Below, piece after piece: positions 1 through 9,410 of a DNA stretch of 64,000 nt. Every line of letters starts with the position of its first letter. Positions within the stretch are counted from its first letter, which is position 1. The stretch comes from Candidatus Latescibacterota bacterium. GTDB lineage: Bacteria > Latescibacterota > UBA2968 > GCA-2709665. Where the stretch lies: NCBI GenBank assembly GCA_963667175.2, contig CAXXXF010000018.1, forward strand, positions 273,478 to 337,477. The letters are read 5' to 3'. The notes beneath the pieces are model-generated. The model was not told where the DNA came from. It saw only the letters and a list, made by a program, of their open reading frames with translations, and did no database searches. A program made the position numbers and the translations under genes.

Positions 1-3000
1 TCACGCCGGATGCCCCGGATTGTTGGATGCGGCCTTCTTCTACTAACGTCAACGGACTGTATCTGAGGCCCTGGTCACCCAATAGTACGTGCTGACTATC
101 GGGCTGAAACTGGGTGGGCTGAGATTTTTCCGATAGCTCCAACAGACGACTTTCTATATCCTCCTCGGTACCCATCATGCGGACGAGATTGGGACTGCGT
201 AGCATGTATTGATTCTCATCCTGGTTGTGTACCAATATGCCCAGACCGACCATTTCTCCTAATAGTCCTCTCAAGGCTTCGGTGTGGACGTCATCGAAAC
301 CTTGAGGCCACCACTCTCGCGCCCGTTGGAGAAGCTCGTTCACGCTGAATGAACGGACATAGCTGTCTCGCGTCTCTTTTTGCTCATAGATCATGGACCA
401 CGCGATACACTGATATCGTGGATCCAATTGCAGAGTCCAATCGAGCCGTTCCCGAATGACCTTTCGAGCTTGAGGCAAGCGATACACGGCCTCGACATCC
501 TCCGAGCGCACTTTGTAAGGCGGTCCGGTAATGGACCTCTTGGCTTGCAGGCGGCGCACGAGTTCATGGCAGAAATACTGTATCAAACCGGGATGGTAGT
601 TGGTGTAGGACAAAACTTTGAGCACTGTGGTCTCATCAACGAACCGGTAACCCAGCGTCTCCAGAGGTTCCCGCACCAGGTCCCGGGCGGAACTGGCTTC
701 GAGAGGTCCCACCAGTAAATTCTCGCCGAAGTGCGCCAAAGGCTGGTTGGGGATATCATTAAACCTTTGGACGTTGTGCAGTCCGGCAAAGACCACCTTG
801 AAGCGAGATTGAGTATCCTGCATTAGGGATCTCAGTCTTTCGACGACTTGGAAGCTGTTTTGAGCATCGGCACCCAGGAAGGAATCGGCTTCATCAAGCA
901 GGACGAGAACACGCCGCTGCGGAGCCACATCCATTGCGTTTTGGATGTGGCTTATGATTCTGTCAGGTTGAGACGCCGCTATCCGCTCTCCGATTAGTGA
1001 GTGTTTCTTAAAGCCATCACGCAATTTTATCCACAGTAGATCGGGCTGTTCGCCTGCCAGGGCATCACCCACCAGCTTGATGTCTTGGACCCAGGCATAC
1101 CGCTCGTGATCTGGCTCGTGAAACGTACGCTCTACCTGGCGCAATAGTGCGGACTTGCCCAACTGTCGCCCACCGAATACGATGCAGTTACCCTCGTTTT
1201 GTAGCTGACGCACCATTTTGTCGCGACCATAGTACATTTCAGGCGGTACGTTTCCTGCCTGGAACGGCGTATAGGGATTCAAAGCAGCGTAGGGCAAACT
1301 ACAACGCAGGAAAGCTGGAAGGCGGGTATCGTCAAGCCTGGCCAGGAATGCCAGTAGGACCTCATCGAGCACCACGAGAGCCAATTCTCGTTGCCCGGCA
1401 CGCGTGGCTATGTCTCCTCGTCGCCGTTCAGTCAATCGTCCGAGGAAAAAAACGATGACAGTCTTGGTATCCAGTCCTATTTCACGCAAAAAAGCTCCGA
1501 TAGAGGCGGCACCAGGGCGTTCCCACAGACATACCACATCGTAGCGGCCATTGGCTTGCGAGCCCAGTTGAGGGATCGGCCGCGCGAGGTCGCTGGCCGA
1601 TGCATCTACTTCGCAGTGGAGCCAATCCCGGCCTCGATTCTTCACTTTGACAGCCGATTCTCTTTCCGGTAGATGAAAACCAAGATATGCCAACAAGTTT
1701 GGTACATGCCGATGAGCAACTGTTGGCTGGTCCTGATGTCGCTTAAGCATGTGCCAGGATCGAAAGGCCCTGACGACTTCATCTCGGCGGGTTTTTGGTA
1801 ACTCACCGAACGCCACCTTTTCCCAAGTTTTGCCTTTTTCAACCTCACGGGCCAATTGATTGACATTCCCCAAGCTTGCAAGCCCCGATTCAATACCTGG
1901 ACTTGCATTCTTGAACTCACTTAAGTAGTCGCGTTCGGAAGGTGGGGCTAACCAGGCACTATCCCATTCAACCTCACCCTGGAGGACTTCGCGCAGGTGG
2001 GCTAAGCCTTCTTCGACGACTCTGGTATCGCCCTGTTTAAAGGATTTCTGAATAAACGCCTTCAAGGCTTTCATTTGGTCGACTTCGATCTTTTGCAATA
2101 GGCCTTGCCGCATTTCCTTCCATTGACTTTTCAACTCTTGCAATCGGTCTGCGCGTTTCTGGTTCAATTGGTGCTCAATATCGTCCAGTCGTCGGAACAG
2201 AGGCTCGAAGCACATGGGCTCTTCAATCTCCGCTGTTTCCAATTCAGCGCTGAGACCGGTACGTTCTTCTTCAACCAGTAGCCCGTCGACCATTCCCTGT
2301 TCGATTGCGCCCCGTACGCTGGCGACCTTATCCGCAAGAGCCGCTCGGGCACCCTTGAGCGCCTCGTCGTTTCGATCCTCGAACTCTTGACGTTCGTCAT
2401 CGTCATTCAACGCATTCCGCAATATATCGGCGAATCGAAAATCCTGCCCTTCAATGTGCATGGTACAGGCTGCATTAAGTGCGCGTTCCTCGGCCAGGGA
2501 CTGCCGCAAGAACGTGGCAATATCTGCCTCTTGATCCTCTCCAAGAAAGCCGTGGTCGTCCAGGGAAACTTCAGGGAGCCACAACAGGCGTCTCGTTAAC
2601 GCCTGTTTCAGTGAGCCGCTTTCGCGCTGCATCCATGCTTGAGGATCTTCATTATCGGCTTGCCCCTCTAAACCCAACAATCGGGTTACTTGGCCTATAG
2701 CCAGGTGCAAAACGCGGGCACATGCGGCTTCTTGTTCGGCTTGTTCCTGCTGTTGCATGCGATCGAGTTCGGATGTGACATCTGGCAAGATTGCTTGTAT
2801 TTGGTCACGCAATTCCCTTACAAGATCGGTCCACCAGTCGCCGTTGGTGTTGATCACCTCACTCTTCTTAATCAAGGAACACCAGTGGTCGGCCAACGTC
2901 ACAGCGTCTTCTATGCTGCGTACCAATTGGTCTCGCGGAACTCCGGTGATCGGTCTGGAGGGACGCCCTGGCGTTAACTCACGGTCAATCTGGTGAATGC

Positions 3001-4465
3001 GGTCCTCAATCTTGCGGCCTTTGAGTTCTCTTACTCGCTGTCGGATCTTTTCGATTTCGTCGGTATGGTTATTACTCACCGGATACAATAGTTGCCCCAA
3101 ATCTCCGTCTCGGTTCACCAATCGTCGGAGGACGTTTGTCGCCCTTACCATTTTTAGTCTACGGACCTTATTGTTCTCCAATAGGCTACCCGCTCTCGTA
3201 GCTGTCTCTTCAATGCCGTCTGATAAATCTGCCTGATGTTCTACGCCAAGTAAATCGTCCCGCTGCAAAGGATAACCTGCGCGGGTAAACGCACGAATTG
3301 CATCAGCCAGCCTGCCGAAAGGGGAATCAACCTCATCTCTTTGTGGAAGCCAACTGGTCAATCCGGTGTACGGGGCAATTAAGGCGGGACGAATTGCCGC
3401 AGCCAATCCTAAAACTCGCTCGGCGTTATTTTTAGGTGCCAGATCCGTTGTAATGTCTTTGATAGCGTGGACCAAACTGTCAGCATCGTCTTCCAACCAA
3501 CGCGAGCCTTGAAGCACGGCAAGCAATTCAGGCGCGACGGGTACGTTTCGGCCTCTTGCTTTCAACGAAAGAGCAAGCCAATAGGCGCCTGCCCAATCCT
3601 CTTCAGCCAACAGGCTCCAGCCCAGCGATTCCCAGTTCTCATCGGAGTCGTCCTCTTGCAATTGCATCGCCGCGTCGCGAACCGAACGCAACTTTGCCGA
3701 CCTTTTTACGGGGTGCTGGAGTGTTGAAGGGGCGGGCTCGCTCTGCTTCGGTTCGGACTCGTCTGGCTTGTCTGAAAGTTCGCCTTCGGCATCTTGCTGG
3801 TTGGAACTGGTTTCCTCTTTAGATTCGTCTGCGGGGGGACGAGCGTCTTTCTTGGCCGGTTGCTCCTCATCAGAACCAGGGTGTTCATCAGACGGACCTT
3901 TTCCGGGTTCAGGGGGATCCGTGTCGGGTTCATCGTCGTCTTGGGTGTCCTCTTCCGGGGTCTGTTGTGGCTCCGGTTCGGCTTCTGCAAACTCCTGTTC
4001 GAGTTGTTTTGCGAGTAAGTTTATTCGATCTTCCGTGTCGTTCAAGTCCGTCCGATGCTTGCGGGTCTCCTGGAAGTTTTCAGGCGTTTCCTGCTTTAAC
4101 ATACGAAGCCCATTTAGCTGCTCCAGCAGATTTACGGCTATTTTCGCACGCCTTGGAACCTGATCAGCAGGGCAACTGGCCGCTTGCCAATTGGCTATGC
4201 CGAGGCTTTCGAATCCAAAAAACGCTATCTCACCGGCGTAGTCGTCTCGCAATTGGTCCAATGTCTGTTGGAGATGGAGCCGCCCCGCTTTCTTCTGTTC
4301 GTCGCACTTGTGCTCGGCGAGGAGCCGTACCTTTTCGACGAATCCTTCGACCTGGTCTGTTTCCCATTCCGAAGCATCCGAAGGCCACTCGCGCAGTTCC
4401 TCAATAACGCTGGCCCATCGCGTATCGTTCAGGCTCTCGCCATTCTGTTTCTTGACATCGCTCAT
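1..4465 (-). CDS. Very large coiled-coil + STAND/AAA-type ATPase, 3' end beyond the window edge (>1488 aa)
   Basis: Hand translation from ATG 4465 (GAGGA RBS upstream) stays open to the left edge: MSDVKKQNGE...; acidic Pro-rich linker near the N-terminus; NPYTPFQAGNVPPEMYYGR pre-P-loop; Walker A GGRQLGKS (1151-1174); Walker B VLVLLDEAD (about 885-910); YTNYHPGLIQ. Missing from the ORF track because it has no stop in the window. Confidence 0.85.
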   Translation of the reverse strand, partial: MSDVKKQNGESLNDTRWASVIEELREWPSDASEWETDQVEGFVEKVRLLAEHKCDEQKKAGRLHLQQTLDQLRDDYAGEIAFFGFESLGIANWQAASCPADQVPRRAKIAVNLLEQLNGLRMLKQETPENFQETRKHRTDLNDTEDRINLLAKQLEQEFAEAEPEPQQTPEEDTQDDDEPDTDPPEPGKGPSDEHPGSDEEQPAKKDARPPADESKEETSSNQQDAEGELSDKPDESEPKQSEPAPSTLQHPVKRSAKLRSVRDAAMQLQEDDSDENWESLGWSLLAEEDWAGAYWLALSLKARGRNVPVAPELLAVLQGSRWLEDDADSLVHAIKDITTDLAPKNNAERVLGLAAAIRPALIAPYTGLTSWLPQRDEVDSPFGRLADAIRAFTRAGYPLQRDDLLGVEHQADLSDGIEETATRAGSLLENNKVRRLKMVRATNVLRRLVNRDGDLGQLLYPVSNNHTDEIEKIRQRVRELKGRKIEDRIHQIDRELTPGRPSRPITGVPRDQLVRSIEDAVTLADHWCSLIKKSEVINTNGDWWTDLVRELRDQIQAILPDVTSELDRMQQQEQAEQEAACARVLHLAIGQVTRLLGLEGQADNEDPQAWMQRESGSLKQALTRRLLWLPEVSLDDHGFLGEDQEADIATFLRQSLAEERALNAACTMHIEGQDFRFADILRNALNDDDERQEFEDRNDEALKGARAALADKVASVRGAIEQGMVDGLLVEEERTGLSAELETAEIEEPMCFEPLFRRLDDIEHQLNQKRADRLQELKSQWKEMRQGLLQKIEVDQMKALKAFIQKSFKQGDTRVVEEGLAHLREVLQGEVEWDSAWLAPPSERDYLSEFKNASPGIESGLASLGNVNQLAREVEKGKTWEKVAFGELPKTRRDEVVRAFRSWHMLKRHQDQPTVAHRHVPNLLAYLGFHLPERESAVKVKNRGRDWLHCEVDASASDLARPIPQLGSQANGRYDVVCLWERPGAASIGAFLREIGLDTKTVIVFFLGRLTERRRGDIATRAGQRELALVVLDEVLLAFLARLDDTRLPAFLRCSLPYAALNPYTPFQAGNVPPEMYYGRDKMVRQLQNEGNCIVFGGRQLGKSALLRQVERTFHEPDHERYAWVQDIKLVGDALAGEQPDLLWIKLRDGFKKHSLIGERIAASQPDRIISHIQNAMDVAPQRRVLVLLDEADSFLGADAQNSFQVVERLRSLMQDTQSRFKVVFAGLHNVQRFNDIPNQPLAHFGENLLVGPLEASSARDLVREPLETLGYRFVDETTVLKVLSYTNYHPGLIQYFCHELVRRLQAKRSITGPPYKVRSEDVEAVYRLPQARKVIRERLDWTLQLDPRYQCIAWSMIYEQKETRDSYVRSFSVNELLQRAREWWPQGFDDVHTEALRGLLGEMVGLGILVHNQDENQYMLRSPNLVRMMGTEEDIESRLLELSEKSQPTQFQPDSQHVLLGDQGLRYSPLTLVEEGRIQQSGASGV

Positions 4466-4719
4466 ATACAATCCTCAATATAGGATTCGTCTAGATTCCT
4501 GTATCATTTCGCGGTCTCATCTACCCCGGAGTGACGACACCCTCATCCGCCAACGCTGCGGCATAGCAAATCGCCGCCTGGTCGGATTCGCGTGAGACCG
4601 ATGGATAGCTTTTCGTAATCTCGTCGGGGTCCAGACCGGAAGCAAGATTGTCAAGAATCGTGGTCACCAGAACAGGATGGCCGGAGTGGGAATTTGCGGT
4701 CTATGTGAGTCGATTTACT

Positions 4720-4905
4720 GCCGTTTCTCGTTCTCTCGTGCTTTTCTCTCGCTCCAGGCTTCTTCCTGCACCAAGTTATGATCCTGCTCCTGTTTTCTGT
4801 TCCTGATAAGCCTGGTTGGTTTTGGTTCTTATCCTGTTAATCCCGTTATTCCTGCTAATCCTGATCGCTCTTCGGTTTTCATCCTGTCCATCCTGTGCAT
4901 CCATG
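4720..4905 (-). repeat. Purine-rich short-period repeat element (CAGGAT / CACGAGA units), interrupted by the intron
   Basis: Minus strand reads CATGGATGCACAGGATGGACAGGATG...CAGGATTAGCAGGAATAACGGGATTAACAGGAT...; a homologous uninterrupted copy lies at 46911-47075. Confidence 0.7.
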
Positions 4906-5667
4906 GTGCGCCGTGAAAGGCGCGGAACTCCAGTGGGTGAGAGTCCCACCCGACAAATGTTGCTACAGTCGGTAGCAACCGGAGCGGGGGTGAAGGTAAC
5001 GACATCTCCGAAGCCTCCGGTGTAAAGGGTCGCAAGGCGACTCGGCGAGTATGCGGGCCGAAACGTGCAGTGAACGCTGAGCAGGCCTCGAAAAAGGTAA
5101 TGCGGGAGCCGACCCGCCCATGGATCGGGGAAGGCCGCCGTCGTTGGAAAAAGAGAGCAACGCGTGCATCCAACGGTCCCGCCGGGGTAATGGCGAAGGC
5201 ACGTATACAAGGGGTTCCGACGCAACACGGGAAGCCCCAGCGGTGGTGAATAGACACCAACCGGACGCCCGTGAGGGACAGGCCGGGCCGTATGGGGTGG
5301 CGGACAGGCTCGTAGTACCCGTGAAGCCGGGTAACGCCGGTGGAGGGAAGGGGCCTGACTTCGGATGTGCTTGCGAAGGGGACAACTGTCGGGAGAGTGG
5401 CGCAAGCCTATTACCTCCTCTAAAAGTAGATGAGGCGACTCCGGAACAAGCTTGGGCTTCAGGTGAAGCTGTCCGGGCAGTGCGGGCAGCGTGTGCCTGA
5501 AGGCGACGTCCGTCGGAGAGCCGGATGCGGGAAACCCGCACGTCCGGTTCGACGAGCGGGATGTGGAAACGGAGCACGGAGCGGCTATTGAGGCACCGCC
5601 AGACGAAAGGGGCGGAAACAGATAAGAAGGGCCACTCCTAAACCACCGCGCCACATCCCGACTCTAC
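4906..5667 (+). mobile_element. ORF-less group II intron (about 762 nt ribozyme, RT ORF deleted)
   Basis: 5' GTGCG at 4906; domain V GAGCCGGATGCGGGAAACCCGCACGTCCGGTTC at 5518-5550; 3' end CTCTAC at 5667; colinear with the RNA parts of the intron at 47242-49217; only a remnant (ASLLPPLKV vs MSLRPPEKV) of the RT start is left. Confidence 0.93.
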
Positions 5668-5702
5668 TAAGTTCCCGCTTATGAGTTGAAGGGGTTACAC
5701 CC

Positions 5703-7001
5703 TCAATCCGCGGGGACCATTTCCGGCGCTTTGCATGCGAAGACGTCGATGGGCGGGAGATTGCGGTCGGGGCCGAGTTCGAGTTGGCGGGGGCCGACCA
5801 GGATGTCCAGGTTGTCCCGCATTTCGGCCATGTCAAGGTAGGCGGTGGAGGCTTCGACTTCGCCCAGGTCGAGGGTATTCTTGATCCAGAGCACTTTGGC
5901 ATCGCACGGCTCGATAAGCCCGATGGATTCCAACCCGATCTGCAGGACTTCCTCGTCGGTGGGGAAGTGCATGGGGATGGAGGCAGCGGGCGGATGCTGC
6001 CCCGTAATGGCGTTGATATTCGTCGCATAGTGGTCGATTTTCTCCACCAGCCGGTCCGTGGTGAATTCGGCCATACCCACGCCCACCGCGTTGCCATGGG
6101 TCTTTTCCGTGAGGTCCCGGACGAAGATCCGCAGCACGCGAGGCGTGTCGCCGTCCGCCGCGCGGCGTTCGTTGCGCTTGCGCCCCACCACGTTCGTATC
6201 GATGCCGGAGCCGCTGATGTCTTTGCCCATCTCGTCGATGATCAGCAGGTCCACGTCGTCGAAGGGCAGGCGGGGACACCAGGCCTTGGCCTTGACCAGA
6301 AGCTCCTTCTCGGCGCTTTCGAAGTCGGCGGCGGGAACCGCCGCGATCTGCGCGGTCTCGTCATAGCCGTTTTCGAGCAGGGCGACGCCGAACGTGATGG
6401 GCATTTTTTCCCGGACGGACTTGCCCACAACGCGAACGATCTTGTCGAACGAGTGATGGATGATGGCGCGGTGATAGATCGTCGCACCCTTGTGCTTTCC
6501 CAGGCCGATGAGCATCATTTTCATCAGGCCGCTTTCGATCTCGCCCACGAAGCCCGTGTGGGGCTTCACGCGGTTGACGACGACCACGTGGTCGGCCTCG
6601 GAGGCGCATTTGTCGAAGTAGACCGGCATGCCGAAATCCGTGACGTCGATCTCGACAACCTCCATCGAGGATTTGACGGGCGCGCCCACGGTTTCTTCGG
6701 TGATTCCGTATTCGGCGAGAATCCCGGCCTGGCCTTCGGCCGTGCCGCCGCCGTGACTGCCCATCGCGGGAACGATAAAGGGCCTGGTGCCCAGCGCGAC
6801 CATCTCTCTGACGATCGTCGCAATGACCGTGTCGAGGTTCGCGATGCCCCGCGAACCCGCGGCGATCGCGACGCTATGCCCGGGCCTGATGGTGTCACCG
6901 GGGTTGAGGTTTCGGATTTCACGGCGCGTGTCTCCCGGTATGTCGTCCACGCGCGGCGCGTCGAACCGCTGGCGGAGCCGGAACATGTGGGGATATTGCA
7001 T
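5703..7001 (-). CDS. LarA-like N-terminal domain (DUF2088) protein
   Basis: VAIAAGSRGIAN, PAMGSHGGGTAEGQ, VNRVKPHT, ESGLMKM..IGLGK, MGKDISGSGIDTNV motifs; ATG 7001 with GGAGG RBS. Confidence 0.8.
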   Translation of the reverse strand: MQYPHMFRLRQRFDAPRVDDIPGDTRREIRNLNPGDTIRPGHSVAIAAGSRGIANLDTVIATIVREMVALGTRPFIVPAMGSHGGGTAEGQAGILAEYGITEETVGAPVKSSMEVVEIDVTDFGMPVYFDKCASEADHVVVVNRVKPHTGFVGEIESGLMKMMLIGLGKHKGATIYHRAIIHHSFDKIVRVVGKSVREKMPITFGVALLENGYDETAQIAAVPAADFESAEKELLVKAKAWCPRLPFDDVDLLIIDEMGKDISGSGIDTNVVGRKRNERRAADGDTPRVLRIFVRDLTEKTHGNAVGVGMAEFTTDRLVEKIDHYATNINAITGQHPPAASIPMHFPTDEEVLQIGLESIGLIEPCDAKVLWIKNTLDLGEVEASTAYLDMAEMRDNLDILVGPRQLELGPDRNLPPIDVFACKAPEMVPAD

Positions 7002-7085
7002 TTGGGGCCTCCGGAGGTAGAGGTCGTAAGTCAGCAAATGATCTCGTTGCAGGCGCCGCCGCCGTCGATCGGATTCGACGAAAAC

Positions 7086-8243
7086 TCACATAGCGGCTTC
7101 GTAAAGCGCAATGACGTCCTTAAGCGTGGTGTGGCGCGGGTTGATCTGGATATTCCCGCTCTTCATCGCGTCTTCCGCAAGTACGGGAATCCCTTCGGGA
7201 ACGACGCCGACGTCGGTAAGGGTTTCAGGGATGCCGACTTCCGCCGCCAGCGTTTTCACGGCATCCACGGCAACGTCGGCGGCCTCCATGGGCGAAAGGC
7301 CGTCGATGTCTTCGCCAAGTGCGGCCGCGACGTCGGCGAATCGTTCCGGGCACGCGACCTTGTTGAAATCCATCACCCGGGTGAGCAGGATGGCATTGGC
7401 GACGCCGTGAGGGACGCCGTAGTGGCCGCCCACGGCGTGGGACATCGCGTGCACGTTGCCCAGGCGCGTCTGCGAAAAGGCGATGCCGGCCATATTGCTC
7501 GCCAGAAGCATCTGCTCGGTGGCTGCGTAATTGTGGTGGCTGGCGGCGGCCTGCCGGAGGTTTTCCGCAATCAGCCGGATGGCATGCAGCGCCAGGCCGT
7601 CCGAAATGGGGTTGGAGGCCAGCGCCACGTAGGACTCCACCGCGTGGGTGAGCGCGTCCATCCCCGTCGCGGCGGCGATGGGCATGGGCAGAGCAACGGC
7701 CGCATTGACGTCCAGGATGCCCACGTCCGGAATCACGTGAGGACCGCCTACCCCTGCCTTGAAGTGGTTGTTGTCCGTCACGACGGCGAACGGGGTGACT
7801 TCGCTGCCCGTGCCGTAGGTCGTGGGTACGCACAACAGAAAGGGCACGCGTTTCCGCCCCTGCAACAGACCGAAGTGGTCTTCAATTCTGCCGCCGTTGG
7901 ATGCGAGGACGCCGGCGCACTTGGCCGTATCCATCGAAGACCCCCCGCCAATGGCCAGCAGCCAGTCGCAGCCCTGTGACTCGTACAGATCGAAACAGGC
8001 CTGAATGACGTGTACCGGCGGGTTTTCTTCCACACCGTCGTAAACCACGAAGGGGATTCCCGCGTCCTCCAGGACACCGGTGGTCTGCTGTGCCACGCCG
8101 GCTTTGACCAGGCCCTTGTCGGTAACGACGAGGGCTTTTTTCTCGTGCCGGCCGGATAGAATCCGCGGGATTTCAGACACGCTGCCACGGCCCACGAGAA
8201 GCCGGGTGGGCGAATGAAAGGTGAAGCTGTCTTGTTCCGTCAC
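7086..8243 (-). CDS. Iron-containing alcohol dehydrogenase
   Basis: GGGSSMDTAK, PTTYGTGSEVT, GMDALTHAVE, HAMSH...HGVAN; GTG 8243 with AAGGAG RBS. Confidence 0.92.
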   Translation of the reverse strand: MTEQDSFTFHSPTRLLVGRGSVSEIPRILSGRHEKKALVVTDKGLVKAGVAQQTTGVLEDAGIPFVVYDGVEENPPVHVIQACFDLYESQGCDWLLAIGGGSSMDTAKCAGVLASNGGRIEDHFGLLQGRKRVPFLLCVPTTYGTGSEVTPFAVVTDNNHFKAGVGGPHVIPDVGILDVNAAVALPMPIAAATGMDALTHAVESYVALASNPISDGLALHAIRLIAENLRQAAASHHNYAATEQMLLASNMAGIAFSQTRLGNVHAMSHAVGGHYGVPHGVANAILLTRVMDFNKVACPERFADVAAALGEDIDGLSPMEAADVAVDAVKTLAAEVGIPETLTDVGVVPEGIPVLAEDAMKSGNIQINPRHTTLKDVIALYEAAM

Positions 8244-8324
8244 AATGCGTGCTCCTTGAAGTACGGTAGAAACAGGAACTGTCCTCACGTAATTTAGGCG
8301 TTACGTCAAGTGGGGACAAGCAGA

Positions 8325-8480
8325 TTCAGCGGTCAGGAAAAAAAGCTATCAGCTGTCAGCCTTCAGCCGTCAGCAAAGATCAAAAACGACAATCAACTCA
8401 CACGAAGACACAAAGACACAAAGAAAAACAAGCCAGCAATCAGACGTCAGCTTGAAGCAAAGTCGAAAATCAAATTCAAG
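8325..8480 (+). repeat. TCAGC heptad repeat + CACAAAGA repeat intergenic element
   Basis: AGCTATCAGCTGTCAGCCTTCAGCCGTCAGC; CACGAAGACACAAAGACACAAAG; CAGCTTGAAGCAA. Similar blocks recur at 41483, 42038, 44724, 45008 and 57432. Confidence 0.75.
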
Positions 8481-9290
8481 ATCCCCTTTTCCCCAAATTC
8501 CCTGCCTCCGGCGGGTTCCTTTTGAAGCGACCAAAAGGAACCAAAAGTCGCCGTAAGTGTCCCGTCCCGGAAATATGTCGCCATTCATCCGCCGATTCAT
8601 CCCGTCTGGCGGCGTTGCCTTCACTCGCCGAACTTACCCAGGTCGCCTGCGCTCAGGCGCCTTGCCAGCCGGGCGACTCGACGGCCGAACTCAGGCAATC
8701 TATTTCCAGGACGGAACACGGAGCGCGGGGCCTGCCACAGGCACAGCGCGAACACCCTCACAGGATGCACAGGATCCTCTGCCCTGAGACCCGCGGCGGC
8801 ACATCGATCCGCGTCGCTGGACGGATCAGCGCGCTCTGCTCTGGTAGTGCTCCGGTCAGTTCTTCCCTTCGTAGTCTGATTGGTGTCTGAATAATGAGCG
8901 CAGCTGGTGGCGATCAGCTCCAAGCCGTCAGTTTGAATCACACCTGTCCAAAATCGGTTTCAGTCTTGGACAGCATCTGGTTCACTTCCGCGAAGCAATC
9001 CCTCGACCAAGATTGCCTGAGATTCACAAAGTGCTTATTTCACGGGCTTATTGAGACGGAAACAGCACAATTATGGCCGCTGGAAACGTCACCTTGTTCT
9101 TGGACAGCATTGCGCAGACGATGGCAAACCTGGTTTTCATTATCCGGGTCAAACCCGTCCAAAATCGCCTATTGTAGCCATTTTTCGAACCTTATCTCTG
9201 GGAATCCGACGGTTCTTGGACAGCAGTGAGTTTGAATCAAATGCCGAATCAGTCGACACCAGCGCCGTGAAGTGGCAGGACCAATACGGC

Positions 9291-9403
9291 CGCAGACCTC
9301 TCCCCCCAGCCCCCTCTCCCGGGGGGAGAGGGGGAGCAGAGCGAGATGTCTTCAAGCGATGACAGTTCTCCCTTCCCCCCGGGAAGGGGGAAAGGGGGTA
9401 GGT
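9291..9403. repeat. REP-like hairpin repeat CCCCCTCTCCC..GGAGAGGGGG, with an inverted variant
   Basis: GACCTCTCCCCCCAGCCCCCTCTCCCGGGGGGAGAGGGGG, nearly identical at 42142-42187 and 44958-44998. Confidence 0.8.
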
Positions 9404-9410
9404 GCCGGCG

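Noticed and set aside
380-4595. Many short ORFs in the first 4.6 kb
   Set aside because: All overlap the single long minus-strand ATPase frame.
4776-5654. ORFs over the short intron (292, 204, 143 and 126 aa)
   Set aside because: Translations of structured intron RNA; similar spurious peptides appear over the second intron.
5784-7979. 731-aa plus-strand ORF
   Set aside because: Antisense shadow of the LarA-like and Fe-ADH genes, typical of high-GC DNA; no motifs.
8522-8941. Short ORFs between the Fe-ADH and AIR-synthase-like genes
   Set aside because: No recognisable motif or RBS, so a call cannot be supported.
8325-9403. Possible CRISPR array
   Set aside because: Repeats are short, degenerate and irregularly spaced, and no cas genes are present.
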